Below, one piece after another: positions 28,586-38,855 of a stretch of DNA of 64,000 nucleotides (position 1 is its first letter; every line of letters begins with the position of its first letter). The position numbers and the translations under genes were made by a program. The stretch is from a bacterium (GTDB lineage Bacteria; Patescibacteriota; Minisyncoccia; Phycocordibacterales; UBA6899). The DNA is taken from positions 40,614-104,613 of the forward strand of contig JAYUQG010000005.1 in the NCBI GenBank assembly GCA_043756865.1. Reading direction: 5' to 3'. The notes under the pieces were generated by a model that was not told the origin of the DNA, did not search any database, and saw only the letters and a list, made by a program, of their open reading frames with translations.

Positions 28586-29731
28586 TTACGCCTTTTTTTC
28601 AATTGGCGTACCAAATGAAAGTGTCATGCGCTGATCCTTTGGCTCAAAGAGCGTAATGGAGAACGGATAGACCTTGCCGAGCTCGAGCGCGGTGCGGAGC
28701 TTCTCCTCGGTGCCAAACTCTGACACGTGGACAAGACCTGCAACGCCCTCCTCGATAGATGCGAGTGCGCCGTACTTGTTGAACTTGATGATAACGCCTT
28801 TCACGGAGTCACCCTTCTTGTACTTCTTCTCAGCACCCTTCCATGGGTTCTCCTTTAGTACCTTCACCGAAAGCGACACCTTGTTATCCTTGATTTCAAT
28901 AATTTGTGCCTTCACGCGCTCACCAATCTTGAAGAGTTTACGTGGATCGTCAACGAGTCCCCAGTCCATTTCAGAGATATGAATGAGTCCCTCGAGACCT
29001 TCTTCAATCTTCATGAATGCGCCGAAGTCCACGATGCCTGTGATGTCGCCTTCGACAATCGAGCCCATGCGATACTTCGCGACAATTTCCTCCTTCTCTT
29101 TCTGGTTGTGCTCTTTCTCAGAGAAAATAAGTTTGCCCTCTTTTGGAACTGCAGTAATCATGACGACCTGAAGCTTTACTCCAACGAGGCGTTTTAGTTC
29201 TTCAAGAATCTTGTCTTTGTCACCGTCTTCAACGCGAGGATAGTGGTCGCCTGAAAGCTGTGATGCGGGAAGAAACCCCGAGATGCCCTGCCAATCAAGA
29301 ATGAGTCCACCCTTGTTTGCGTCTTTGACAGGAAGATCAAGAATTGTCTTCTTCTTTACATATTCTTCTGCTTCGCCCCAGATAAGGGACTGGCGAGCCT
29401 CCTTGAGTGAGAGTTCGACGTAACCGTCATCATTCTCGCTCTCGACTACCTTTGCGGTAATCACATCTCCCACATTCATGTGCTTGATGAGATCGCGCGC
29501 GTTCATGTACTCGCGTCCGTAAATGATGCCGACACCAAAAGGAGGCATGTTTACAAACACGGCCTTCTTGTCGACTTTGAGCACTGGTCCTTCGACGATT
29601 TCTCCGGGGTCAGGACGCTTTACTATTTCCGTCATGAACTTCGCCATCACGTGATCTGGAGAGGGGATATTCTCCGCTCCAACAATGATGACCTCTTCTT
29701 CTTCTGCTGTATCTACTGTTGCTGTAGCCAT
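28586..29731 (-). CDS. rpsA: 30S ribosomal protein bS1 (four S1 domains)
   Basis: Repeated S1 motifs GFLPASQL, GLIHISEM and GLVHVSEF. Start set at MATATV. Confidence 0.95.
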   Translation of the reverse strand: MATATVDTAEEEEVIIVGAENIPSPDHVMAKFMTEIVKRPDPGEIVEGPVLKVDKKAVFVNMPPFGVGIIYGREYMNARDLIKHMNVGDVITAKVVESENDDGYVELSLKEARQSLIWGEAEEYVKKKTILDLPVKDANKGGLILDWQGISGFLPASQLSGDHYPRVEDGDKDKILEELKRLVGVKLQVVMITAVPKEGKLIFSEKEHNQKEKEEIVAKYRMGSIVEGDITGIVDFGAFMKIEEGLEGLIHISEMDWGLVDDPRKLFKIGERVKAQIIEIKDNKVSLSVKVLKENPWKGAEKKYKKGDSVKGVIIKFNKYGALASIEEGVAGLVHVSEFGTEEKLRTALELGKVYPFSITLFEPKDQRMTLSFGTPIEKKA

Positions 29732-30019
29732 ATAAAAAATCTGCACTAGGCAGACACTGAATGTTCTACCAGAGAGGGGCCGCATTGAACCTGTGTTCTC
29801 CTCGGGTTAACCCTGACGGTGCTATTAATATTCAGTTGTGTGTAGACACTAACAAATGAAGCATATATTAGCAAGAGAAATCTGAGCAAATACCGGCAGT
29901 GTAAAAGTGAACCCCCACGTCTTAGGTGGGGGGATCAGGCGATGCAGTCGAAACTAATGCGGGTCCGTGTGGTTAACGGGGATGCCACTCTTTTGACTAC
30001 ATCGGCCGCCGGCGGCCGA

Positions 30020-30073
30020 TCAGGTGTAGAGTTTTTTGTTGGCCATCAGGCCGAAAGTGTTGGTCTGTTTCAT
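30020..30073 (-). CDS. Putative 17-aa peptide MKQTNTFGLMANKKLYT in a small transcription unit
   Basis: AAGGAGA SD, TTGACA-16-TATAAT promoter (30124-30151) and a terminator-like hairpin at ~29908-29937. Confidence 0.45.
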   Translation of the reverse strand: MKQTNTFGLMANKKLYT

Positions 30074-30219
30074 CAGTGATTGTCTCCTTCAGGAACACGC
30101 AGTGAACGACTCACTGTGAATACATTATACACGTTTCTTTAATATTGTCAATAAATTTAATTATTTTAGCTCAACCCTTTTCTCTTTCCATAAACTGAAA
30201 TTAAAATTTCCAACTCGTA

Positions 30220-30252
30220 AAACTATGTCAAGGTTTAACCTTGACATAGTTT
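30220..30252. promoter_or_regulatory. Perfect 16-1-16 palindrome with back-to-back TTGACA hexamers
   Basis: AAACTATGTCAAGGTT-T-AACCTTGACATAGTTT. The structure is certain; the function is unknown. Confidence 0.55.
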
Positions 30253-30360
30253 ACTGTAATAAAATGGCTTAAAATATGCATGTCCTTTATGTGTTATCTC
30301 GTGTCCTTAACAAATGTCCTTTAAAATTAAAGATTATTTTAAAAATGTTTTAATAAAAGG

Positions 30361-30704
30361 TAAAAGTGAAGCCCCGCTTTTGGCGGGGCTGGTAAAAAGT
30401 TATACGCGAGGTTCATTTCGTCGGACTACGAATGGAATGCATTCGACTCCTTTCATCCCCGTTGGCCGTGGGGTAGTTGTGCGGTTGGAGCAAGGCGACG
30501 CTCCGTACCGTGGTTCAGTCGCCGAGCTGGCGACGCGCGCAGGTGCAAGTGCCGATTCCCGTGTGCCGGGCCGCTAGCATGATATGCCTCGTGGCAGAAA
30601 CTCCGCAGGCAAGCCGAATCGCGATTTTGCTCGCGGGGGCATTTCAGGCGGGACCGGTCCCCGCCAAACCCCAGGGGACGCACTACGCACCTCCCGAATT
30701 CCTC
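30361..30704 (-). ncRNA. Candidate large structured ncRNA of unknown family
   Basis: TTGACA-17-TACACT promoter (30709-30737), GC-rich multi-helix body and terminator AGCCCCGC/GCGGGGCT (30370-30390); no convincing long ORF. Confidence 0.6.
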
Positions 30705-30835
30705 TAAGAGTGTAGCACTATTTGTGAAACGTGTCAATAGTTTATCAGTGAGTGTAATTTGTTCAATAAAAAGTACTTATTTTTCAACACATTTTTAGCT
30801 TTTGTTTTTTGAGTGAAATTGCTATACTTTGCCCC

Positions 30836-31477
30836 ATGATTATCACGTACCACGGCGGACAGTTCATCAAAATTTCACAAGGTGATACGGTCATCGCCGC
30901 AAACCCTTTTGGAAAGCAGTCTGCATTTAAGCCTATTCGCTTCGGTGCGCGCATTGGACTTGTTTCGATGAATCATCCTGATATGAATGGTGTGGAGAAC
31001 CTTTCACATGGAGAGAAAGTCCCTTTTGTTATTTCAGGCCCAGGAGAATACGAGATTGGTGGTATCACGGTATCGGGTTTTCTTTCACCAAAGCCTGTTG
31101 GTAAAGATGGCATGTTGAATACGCTCTACACCATTGAACTTGAAGGCATCCGACTTTGCTTGCTAGGTGCGCTGCCCTCCGTTGAACTTTCGAGTGAACT
31201 GCTCGAAGGAATCGGTGAGGTCGACATTCTTATCGTTCCGGTCACCGGCGGTGATGTGCTTACTCCCGCTGATGCGGGGAAAATTGCAGTGACGCTTGAT
31301 GCAAAGTTAGTGATTCCTGTTGGTCACACCGGCACTTCTGACAATCAGCTTAAGGCATTCTTGAAAGAGGCGGGAGCAGAAGACGCGAAGGAGCTCGACA
31401 AATTTACTCTGAAGAAAAAAGATCTTGAAGGAAAAGAGGGTGATGTCGTATTGCTCGAAGCACTTTCACACGCTTAA
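30836..31477 (+). CDS. MBL-fold metallo-hydrolase-like protein
   Basis: IITYHG, NHPDMN, GPGEYEI and VDILIVPV; metal ligands are degenerate. Confidence 0.8.
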   Translation: MIITYHGGQFIKISQGDTVIAANPFGKQSAFKPIRFGARIGLVSMNHPDMNGVENLSHGEKVPFVISGPGEYEIGGITVSGFLSPKPVGKDGMLNTLYTIELEGIRLCLLGALPSVELSSELLEGIGEVDILIVPVTGGDVLTPADAGKIAVTLDAKLVIPVGHTGTSDNQLKAFLKEAGAEDAKELDKFTLKKKDLEGKEGDVVLLEALSHA

Positions 31478-31487
31478 TGCATTTATT

Positions 31488-31865
31488 ATGAAGTTGCTTG
31501 ATTCCATTCGCAAAAAACCGGAACACATTCGCAAGCGTATGTTATTTGCATCGACCGGTATAATTTCTTTTATAATATTTACATTGTGGTGGAATACGTC
31601 GAGTCTTGCTGGAACTGGCCAAAAAGATTCACATACTATTGATAGGTCGCCGGTTTCTGCAATAGGTGCCATGTGGGGTGGAACGAAAAATGACATTGCG
31701 GGATCGTGGAATGAAATGGTAAACGAACTCGAATACAGTGCAAGTCAGAATGGCACATCGTCAAACACCACTGACGCAGATCCGAATGCAGTGGTGTATC
31801 CTGAAGATGTTTTTAAAGATAGGGTATATGCAACGACGACTGACCAAGCGACTACTACACCATAA
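31488..31865 (+). CDS. Single-TM hypothetical protein
   Basis: Basic N-terminus (KKPEHIRKR) followed by a TM; lies between the MBL gene and gyrA. Confidence 0.7.
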   Translation: MKLLDSIRKKPEHIRKRMLFASTGIISFIIFTLWWNTSSLAGTGQKDSHTIDRSPVSAIGAMWGGTKNDIAGSWNEMVNELEYSASQNGTSSNTTDADPNAVVYPEDVFKDRVYATTTDQATTTP

Positions 31866-31876
31866 ACTGAACAACA

Positions 31877-34354
31877 ATGAGCAAAGACAAATCAAAAAAA
31901 GACGAAATGGCGGTGGTGGCAGTGCGCCATGATGGGGTCGTGCCTATCAACATCGTGACCGAAATGCGCGAGTCCTATCTCGATTACGCAATGTCCGTTA
32001 TTGTATCGCGCGCACTTCCTGATGTACGCGATGGATTAAAGCCTGTGCATCGACGCATTCTCTACGCGATGCAGGAAATGGGACTTACTTCCTCTGCGCG
32101 TTTCAAAAAATCAGCAACGGTAGTTGGTGCGGTACTGGGCTCGTATCATCCACACGGTGACTCTTCTGTTTATGATGCAATGGTGAAGATGACACAGCTG
32201 TTCTCAATGCGCTATCCGCTCGTCTTGGGTCAAGGAAACTTCGGTTCTATCGATGGAGACGCCGCTGCTGCATACCGTTACACCGAAGCGAAAATGTCGC
32301 GCATTGCGGGCGAGGTGTTGCGTGACCTCGACAAGAACACCGTTGATTTTAGGCCAAACTATGATGGTTCAAAAAAGGAACCTGTTGTCATGCCCTCGGT
32401 CGTTCCTAATCTGCTCTTAAACGGCACACTGGGTATCGCGGTCGGTATGGCGACAAACATTCCTCCGCACAACTTGGGCGAGGTTGTCGATGCTCTCGTA
32501 CACCTCATAGACACACCCGAGGCAACCGGCGAAGACTTGCTTGAATTTATCAAAGGACCGGATTTTCCGACAGGAGGAATTGCCTATAATAAGGCTGATA
32601 TTCGCCATGCCTATGCTACGGGGCGCGGGGGTGTCGTTTGTCGTGGTGAGGCCGAAATTGTTGAACAAAAAGCAGGACAGACAGAAATTATCATCACTAG
32701 TCTGCCTTATCGCGTGAACAAGGCGGACTTGCTCACCAAGATTGCTGACCTTGTGCGCGAAAAGAAGCTCGAAGGAATCAAAGATCTTAGAGATGAATCA
32801 GCCAAAGGCGATATACGTATTGCCGTGTATTTGAAACAAGGTGTGCCTCCTCAGAAGGTCTTGAATTATCTCTACAAGCACACAGAGATTGAGACTACAT
32901 TTCACTATAATATGGTCGGGTTGGTCGACGGCGTACCACAGACGCTTTCGGTCAAGACGATTCTTGAAGAATTTATTAAACACCGCAAAGTGGTAGTGCG
33001 CCGCCGCACTGAGTTTGAACTCGCAAAAGCAAAGGCGCGCGAGCATATATTGCTCGGACTTAAAAAGGCGCTCGATCACATTGACGCAATCATCAAGACC
33101 ATCAAAGCGTCAAAAGACACCCCGACTGCACACGCAAATTTGATGAAGGAGTTTAAGTTCTCTGACCTACAGGCCGCCGCTATCCTGGAAATGAAGCTCC
33201 AGAAGCTTGCAGGACTGGAGCGCAAAAAGATTGAAGATGAGTTGAAGGCGCTACAACTGACCATCACGGAACTTGAAGCTATTCTTGGGAGCGCTAAGAA
33301 AATATTGGCCGTAATAAAGTCAGAAATGGCAGAAGTGCGCGCCAAGTATGGCGACGAGCGTCGCACAAAAATCATGAAGGGCGGTGTACAGACTATTTCT
33401 ATAGAGGATACTATCCCCGAGAGAGAGACTATTTTGGTCTTCTCTGATGGAGGGTACATCAAACGTACTGACCCGTCAGAGTATCGTATTCAAAAGCGCG
33501 GCGGAGTCGGCGTGCTCGACCTCGACACGAAGGAAGAGGACTTTGTAAAAATGTTTCTCACTACTTCGACACACGCGGACATCCTTTTCTTTTCGGACAA
33601 GGGTAAGGCGTATCAAATAAAAGCATACGAGCTACCCGAGGGACGTCGTGCAACAAAGGGGAAATCCATCATGAATTACCTGACTCTGGGAGGCGACGAA
33701 TCGGTCACCTCAATGCTCGCCATGCCCAAGGAGATGAAGGCGGCTGAAAAGACTTCACTCATGATGGTCACCGAGCGAGGTGTAGTCAAAAAAGTTGCCT
33801 CTGACGGTTTTCGTGATGTTCGTAGAAGTGGGCTCATTGCAATCAAGCTCCAACCGAAAGACCAGCTTCTCTCTGCACGATTTGTAGAGGGTGGCGACGA
33901 CATCTCGCTTGTCTCGGCAAGCGGGCAGTCCATACGCTTTAAGCATACGGACGTACGTGAAATGGGAAGAAACGCAGGTGGTGTGCGTGGTATGACACTA
34001 AAGGGGGCAGACAAGCTCGTTACTGCTGATGTGGTTAAGCACGTATATCAGGACCCACACTTAATGGTGATGGGTGAGCAGGGCTACGGAAAAATGACCA
34101 AGCTGGAAGAGTTTAAAATCCAAAAGCGTGGAGGTAGCGGTATTCGTGCAATGAATGTGACACCCAAAACTGGAAAGGTAATGACCGGACTTATTGTCGA
34201 TGGACGTGAGGGAGAAATAGTAGCTATTTCAAAGCAAAGTCAGGTAATTCGTGTAAACTTGAACGAAGTTCCAGTTTCTGGCCGTGCGACACAGGGGGTG
34301 CGAATTATGAAGCTCCGAGACGGGGACTCCATCGCTTCGCTCATAACACTGTAA
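31877..34354 (+). CDS. gyrA: DNA gyrase subunit A
   Basis: [15 protein letters not shown], catalytic AAAYRYTE and GyrA-box QKRGGVG. Confidence 0.99.
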   Translation: MSKDKSKKDEMAVVAVRHDGVVPINIVTEMRESYLDYAMSVIVSRALPDVRDGLKPVHRRILYAMQEMGLTSSARFKKSATVVGAVLGSYHPHGDSSVYDAMVKMTQLFSMRYPLVLGQGNFGSIDGDAAAAYRYTEAKMSRIAGEVLRDLDKNTVDFRPNYDGSKKEPVVMPSVVPNLLLNGTLGIAVGMATNIPPHNLGEVVDALVHLIDTPEATGEDLLEFIKGPDFPTGGIAYNKADIRHAYATGRGGVVCRGEAEIVEQKAGQTEIIITSLPYRVNKADLLTKIADLVREKKLEGIKDLRDESAKGDIRIAVYLKQGVPPQKVLNYLYKHTEIETTFHYNMVGLVDGVPQTLSVKTILEEFIKHRKVVVRRRTEFELAKAKAREHILLGLKKALDHIDAIIKTIKASKDTPTAHANLMKEFKFSDLQAAAILEMKLQKLAGLERKKIEDELKALQLTITELEAILGSAKKILAVIKSEMAEVRAKYGDERRTKIMKGGVQTISIEDTIPERETILVFSDGGYIKRTDPSEYRIQKRGGVGVLDLDTKEEDFVKMFLTTSTHADILFFSDKGKAYQIKAYELPEGRRATKGKSIMNYLTLGGDESVTSMLAMPKEMKAAEKTSLMMVTERGVVKKVASDGFRDVRRSGLIAIKLQPKDQLLSARFVEGGDDISLVSASGQSIRFKHTDVREMGRNAGGVRGMTLKGADKLVTADVVKHVYQDPHLMVMGEQGYGKMTKLEEFKIQKRGGSGIRAMNVTPKTGKVMTGLIVDGREGEIVAISKQSQVIRVNLNEVPVSGRATQGVRIMKLRDGDSIASLITL

Positions 34355-34375
34355 GCAGGCGTACAAAACCCACAC

Positions 34376-34475
34376 ATTCAGCGCATTGCTTTGTTAAAAT
34401 AAAAATATGCGCTTTACCTTACTCAGAGTAAGGCTCGCTTACATATTTTCATTTTGCCTCGCACTGCATCTGAAT
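34376..34475 (-). repeat. Structured hairpin element downstream of gyrA
   Basis: Minus strand reads ATTCAG..GC-GAGGCA-AAATGAAAATATG...CATATTTTTATTT-TAACAAAG-CAATGCGCTGAAT. Confidence 0.7.
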
Positions 34476-34624
34476 CTGCGAGTTGAGCAATTTAACGCGT
34501 TATAAATTCTTATTCATCGAACATCATCCCAACTAACACTCACGAGATGGTTTGGGAATTAAAGTCAGAATACAAATGAAAAGACCCGCAGGAGGTCTTT
34601 TCTCCATGCGGGTCTGGTGCGACC

Positions 34625-35026
34625 TCAGTTTGTGCTGGGGTCGTAGGGTGTGATTGGCGAACCCAACCGGAAGTTGCAGGTCAGGCTTGAGTAGCTGAGC
34701 ACCTCGCGTCCCGTGATTTCCCGCAGAGCAGCCACAGGGTTGGGAAGGCCGCGGATGTGCCCCTTGTTTTCGCCGAAGAAAATCATCACGGCGGTACGCT
34801 TCGGGGGCATAAATCGCTGATCCCATTCGTCGTCATTGCCGTACAGGGAACGCTGGCCAAAGATGTCGTAGATGACAATCGCGGGATTGCCACCGTTTTT
34901 GACTGTCGCATGTTGCTCGCGGACATCCACCATGTGGTAGCCCTTTGCACGAAGGCGTTCGCACAGTCTCGCGTCCGTGTTGGAGGCGTTGTAAACAAAC
35001 ATTGGTCGGAACATTGAGTTCTCCAT
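34625..35026 (-). CDS. Orphan hypothetical protein
   Basis: ORF with TTGACT-17-TATATT promoter (35089-35117) and terminator at ~34578-34602. The start may be 35014 (GGAG SD). Confidence 0.65.
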   Translation of the reverse strand: MENSMFRPMFVYNASNTDARLCERLRAKGYHMVDVREQHATVKNGGNPAIVIYDIFGQRSLYGNDDEWDQRFMPPKRTAVMIFFGENKGHIRGLPNPVAALREITGREVLSYSSLTCNFRLGSPITPYDPSTN

Positions 35027-35266
35027 TCTGATATTGCTTCCCCAACATCAGAGTAATCAAATAAGCGGGAAGGCTCTAAGCCATACATAATATATCATAT
35101 ATTTTATAAAAAGTCAATACTTCTTAATATCTAGTGATTGCGTACATTTTCCTGCATCGAACTACTTAAAAGACCTCACAGGCAAGCAATTGTAAAGTGG
35201 CAGGCGTTTTATATTACGTAGATTTTACAAGGTGTATGAGACGTAGTTACGCTATATACTATAAAA

Positions 35267-36890
35267 GTGAAGGAAATGAAGATTACGCGAGCAGAGTGGA
35301 GATGGGTGGGTGTATTTAGCGCTATCCTAAGTGTTTTGCTACTAGCCCCCTACTTTCTCGGTCAGTTGCTTGTAGGAGGGGGAGAAGTGTTTCTCGGCTC
35401 GCCGCTTGTCGGACCTGCAGATTACTACAGCTACCTCGCATGGATAACCCAAGCTCGTGAGGGTGAAATTCTGTTTTACAATTATTCTGCCTCTCCTCAG
35501 CTTTCTTCGACAGGCGCACTTTTCCATCCCATTTTTCTCGTACTTGGAGTTATTGCGAAATACACCGCCCTTTCTCCAATGACCCTTTATCATGGTGCCA
35601 CTGGGGTATTTGGCTTTTTGTGGGTTTTTGTATGCTATCGTTTTTTTTGCAGAGCTCAGTGAGTCGGTACTATTTAGACGTGTAGCAACATTTTTGACCG
35701 TGTTCGGCAGCGGTATTGGCGCCGTAATCTTAGCTGCACCGAGTAAATTTAATTACCCTGACTACTCGATGTTTGTACGTCTGCAAGATTGCCTGCTAGG
35801 CAGTATTGATACTATATTGGCACTCACTATTTTTCTACTTGTGCTCCATAGGTCACAGCGCTCACCTATTCGGGAGGGGGTTCTCATTGGGCTGATACTA
35901 GGCTTCCTGCTTATAGTTCACCCGTACGCGGTTATTGTTATCTATGGAACATTGCTGATATTTGCACTATGGGAGTTTGGTAAAGAAAATCGCATTGCCG
36001 TATTCGATTTTTATCTCATTGCCCTTGCCGTTTCACTACCCGCGGCCTTATTCCAATCCTACTCACTCGGCGCAGACCCGTCTTTTTCTTTGTGGTTTTT
36101 CCACGGAATGTTAACTGAACGTTATTTGTTGGGCGAGTATCTTTTGGGGTTTGGATTACTTGTTCCTCTTGCTTTTTTGGGCTTTTACTTGGTTATCAAG
36201 GATAAACATATATCTAAAAGCACCGCACTACTCATTATTTGGACATTCATGATGCTTGTTGGGGTATTTCAGGAAATATTTCCCTCAATCGCTCGCCGAC
36301 TTGGCGAGACATTGATTATTCCCATCGCGTACTTTGCATCTATTCCACTTATGCAGTTGATATCAGGAAGCAGGGCAAAGCAATTGCTTGCCGTGTCGAT
36401 GTTCATCATAACCATGTTGGGTAGTGTGTTGTATTACATTACATATACGAGAACCTATGCTGAAGCTGTCTTTCGCACTCAGGAAATGAGGGAAACCCCA
36501 AATGATAAGGTGCAGTATCAGGTTTTGTCAGTACCCCAAAAAGAAGCCCTGTCATGGCTAAATTTGCATGCGGGTCCAAGCGATGTGATTCTTTCTGGAG
36601 GCACTATGGGGGGTGTTATTCCTGCATATGTGAATACTCGCGTGATTTTTGGACACCCATCATTAATGCCCGAATTGACCTCAATGCCCCTAATTGTTCC
36701 CCGAATAATGAATAATATCGCCACTTCCTCAAGGGCATGGAATAGATTTCTGACTCAAGTGACCTACGTCGTGTATGACGATGAGTTGCGTGCACTAACG
36801 TATCCTGTAAATGAAGGTAGTTGCCTACGGTTAGTATTTACAAACTCGGATATTTCAATTTATGAAGTGAACCTGAACGCCTGCGAGTAG
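35267..36890 (+). pseudogene. Multi-TM GT-C-like membrane protein split by a +1 frameshift in a T8 tract
   Basis: ORFs 35267-35662 and 35592-36890 join as ...VCYRFFAELSES if T8 (35641-35648) were T7. Motifs DYYSYLAWITQA, HPY and ALSWL...VIFGHP. Confidence 0.75.
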
Positions 36891-36967
36891 CAACTCATTG
36901 TGGGGAAGTAGGGAATATGGGGATTGCGTGCTTTCCGCTACACTCTACAAAATGCTATAATATCAGC

Positions 36968-37525
36968 ATGTTTTCTGCACCTGAGAAGAATGTAGAGCAA
37001 TTGGAGCTCGAAGCAAACCAAATCGTTGCTGATTTTGGTGCGGGTTCTGGTGCTTACACCATTGCCGCGGCAAAAATACTGAATGGTACTGGAAAGGTCT
37101 ACGCCATTGATGTGCAGCAAGATTTGCTCACCCGACTCGAGAATACCTGTACGGAACAACATCTTGGCAATGTGGCATATATATGGGGAAATCTCGAGAA
37201 GCTAGGGGGCACGAAAATGCGTGACCAATCCTGCGACGCAGTCATTGTTTCGAACATCCTGTTTCAGGCACCGGACAAAAAAACAATCATAGAGGAAGCA
37301 AGGCGCATACTCCGTCAAGGCGGTAAACTTATGATTATCGATTGGACAGCATCCTTTAACAGCATGGGTCCCACAAAGGAACAGGTATTCCCAGAGCATG
37401 ACGCACGCCTCCTCGTCGAAGAGTCTAATTTTTCTTTTGCGAAAGCAATTAATGCAGGAAACTTTCACTATGGACTACTTTTCAGAAAGGGGATTTACCA
37501 GCCGCCCGCTATTCCAAGAGCATAA
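36968..37525 (+). CDS. Class I SAM-dependent methyltransferase
   Basis: VADFGAGSG, VYAIDVQ and RILRQGG. Confidence 0.92.
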   Translation: MFSAPEKNVEQLELEANQIVADFGAGSGAYTIAAAKILNGTGKVYAIDVQQDLLTRLENTCTEQHLGNVAYIWGNLEKLGGTKMRDQSCDAVIVSNILFQAPDKKTIIEEARRILRQGGKLMIIDWTASFNSMGPTKEQVFPEHDARLLVEESNFSFAKAINAGNFHYGLLFRKGIYQPPAIPRA

Positions 37526-38844
37526 TGAAATTTCAAACCATACTTCTTACATTTTTTGGTGTCATGGCGGTTGTTGGGCTAATTGTATTTTCGAAGTCTG
37601 ATGCCGAAAAAGACAATTCACCCATAGCAGAAGCCCAAGGTACCGTGGTGATATGGGGAACCTACCCAGGCACGGGCATGGCAGCAGTTATGGAAAAGTT
37701 TAATCAAACGTATGCGCTTAGCTTCACTACGGTCTATCAGTATCATGATCCCAAAACATTTGATTCCGATATTGTAGAGGCACTTGCGAGCGGTCGCGGT
37801 CCAGATATTTTGCTCCTGCCTGATGATCTTATCCTTCGACATTCAGACAAGATTGACATTATTCCTTATGCGGCGATGCCACCGGGAGTATTTTCTCAGA
37901 TGTTTATACAAGCTGCCGAGATTTATCTTCGCGACACCGGAGTCGTGGCACTCCCGTTCGCACTAGACCCGATTGTTATGTATTGGAATAGAGATTTATT
38001 TAACAACGAGTCGATTACCCAACCACCACAGTATTGGGACGAGTTACTCGTCATGGTGCCCAAGTTTACAAAGCGTGATCCCAAGACATCAGAAATTAAA
38101 CAAAGCGGGGTAGCATTCGGTGAGTATGCGAATGTTGATCACGCCAAGGACATTATTGCCATGCTGTTAATTCAGGTGGGCAACCCCCTAGTGAAGTTTG
38201 TTGATGGACGCCCTAAATCCTTTATTGCTGGGACAAGTGATGGTTACACTTTTGTCCCCGATGAGGACACTATTTCCGCATTTCGTTTCTTTATGGATTT
38301 TTCCAATCCACTAAAGGGAATATATACCTGGACTCGTTCCAAGAGTGGTTCACTCAATGAATTCATCAATGGCAATCTGGCAATTCATTTTGACTACGCA
38401 AGTTCATACAAAAAAATTCAGGAAAAGAATCCCTACCTAAATTTTTCCGTTGCCCAAGTTCCACTACCTCGCGGTACGAAAGTGCAGGCCACATACGGGA
38501 AAATGCACGGTTTCGCCGTACTCAAAACATCGCAAAACAAAAAAACCGCGCTCATCGCAATTCAGCGTCTTCTTTTTGATAAGGACCCCTCAGCAGATTT
38601 TGCTGCAGCCTTCAGTCTGCCGCCCGTACGGCGCGACCAGCTTGCGGTAAAACCCAATGACGCAGCACTTGCAGTGTTTTATGATGCCGCCATCCGTTCT
38701 CGCTCATGGTTAGACCCAAAGCCCGAACTTACTGATAAGGCCTTTAAAGAGGCCGTAGAGGGAGTTTCCTCTGGAAAAATGCCGATTGCGTTTTCACTCA
38801 CCGACCTGAGTTCTAAAATAACTGTTCCATTAGCTGCTTACTAA
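37525..38844 (+). CDS. Extracellular solute-binding protein (carbohydrate ABC-type family 1)
   Basis: N-terminal TM, LASGRGPDI, LPFALDPIVMYWNRDLF and PPQYWDE. Confidence 0.88.
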   Translation: MKFQTILLTFFGVMAVVGLIVFSKSDAEKDNSPIAEAQGTVVIWGTYPGTGMAAVMEKFNQTYALSFTTVYQYHDPKTFDSDIVEALASGRGPDILLLPDDLILRHSDKIDIIPYAAMPPGVFSQMFIQAAEIYLRDTGVVALPFALDPIVMYWNRDLFNNESITQPPQYWDELLVMVPKFTKRDPKTSEIKQSGVAFGEYANVDHAKDIIAMLLIQVGNPLVKFVDGRPKSFIAGTSDGYTFVPDEDTISAFRFFMDFSNPLKGIYTWTRSKSGSLNEFINGNLAIHFDYASSYKKIQEKNPYLNFSVAQVPLPRGTKVQATYGKMHGFAVLKTSQNKKTALIAIQRLLFDKDPSADFAAAFSLPPVRRDQLAVKPNDAALAVFYDAAIRSRSWLDPKPELTDKAFKEAVEGVSSGKMPIAFSLTDLSSKITVPLAAY

Positions 38845-38855
38845 AGTTTATTGTT

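Noticed and set aside
29954-30022. Selenocysteine insertion at the UGA followed by a hairpin
   Set aside because: No redox motif context, the hairpin does not resemble a bacterial SECIS in position, and no sel genes are present in the window.
30361-30704. RNase P RNA, tmRNA, cobalamin riboswitch or group II intron
   Set aside because: Diagnostic motifs (GAGGAAAGUCC/P4, tRNA-like ends and tag, B12 box, domain V) were not found by eye; kept as an unknown ncRNA.
30314-30737. ORFs 30314-30577, 30453-30737 and 30477-30707
   Set aside because: No family motifs; one starts inside the -35 box and one crosses the terminator. They are likely by-products of GC-rich structured sequence.
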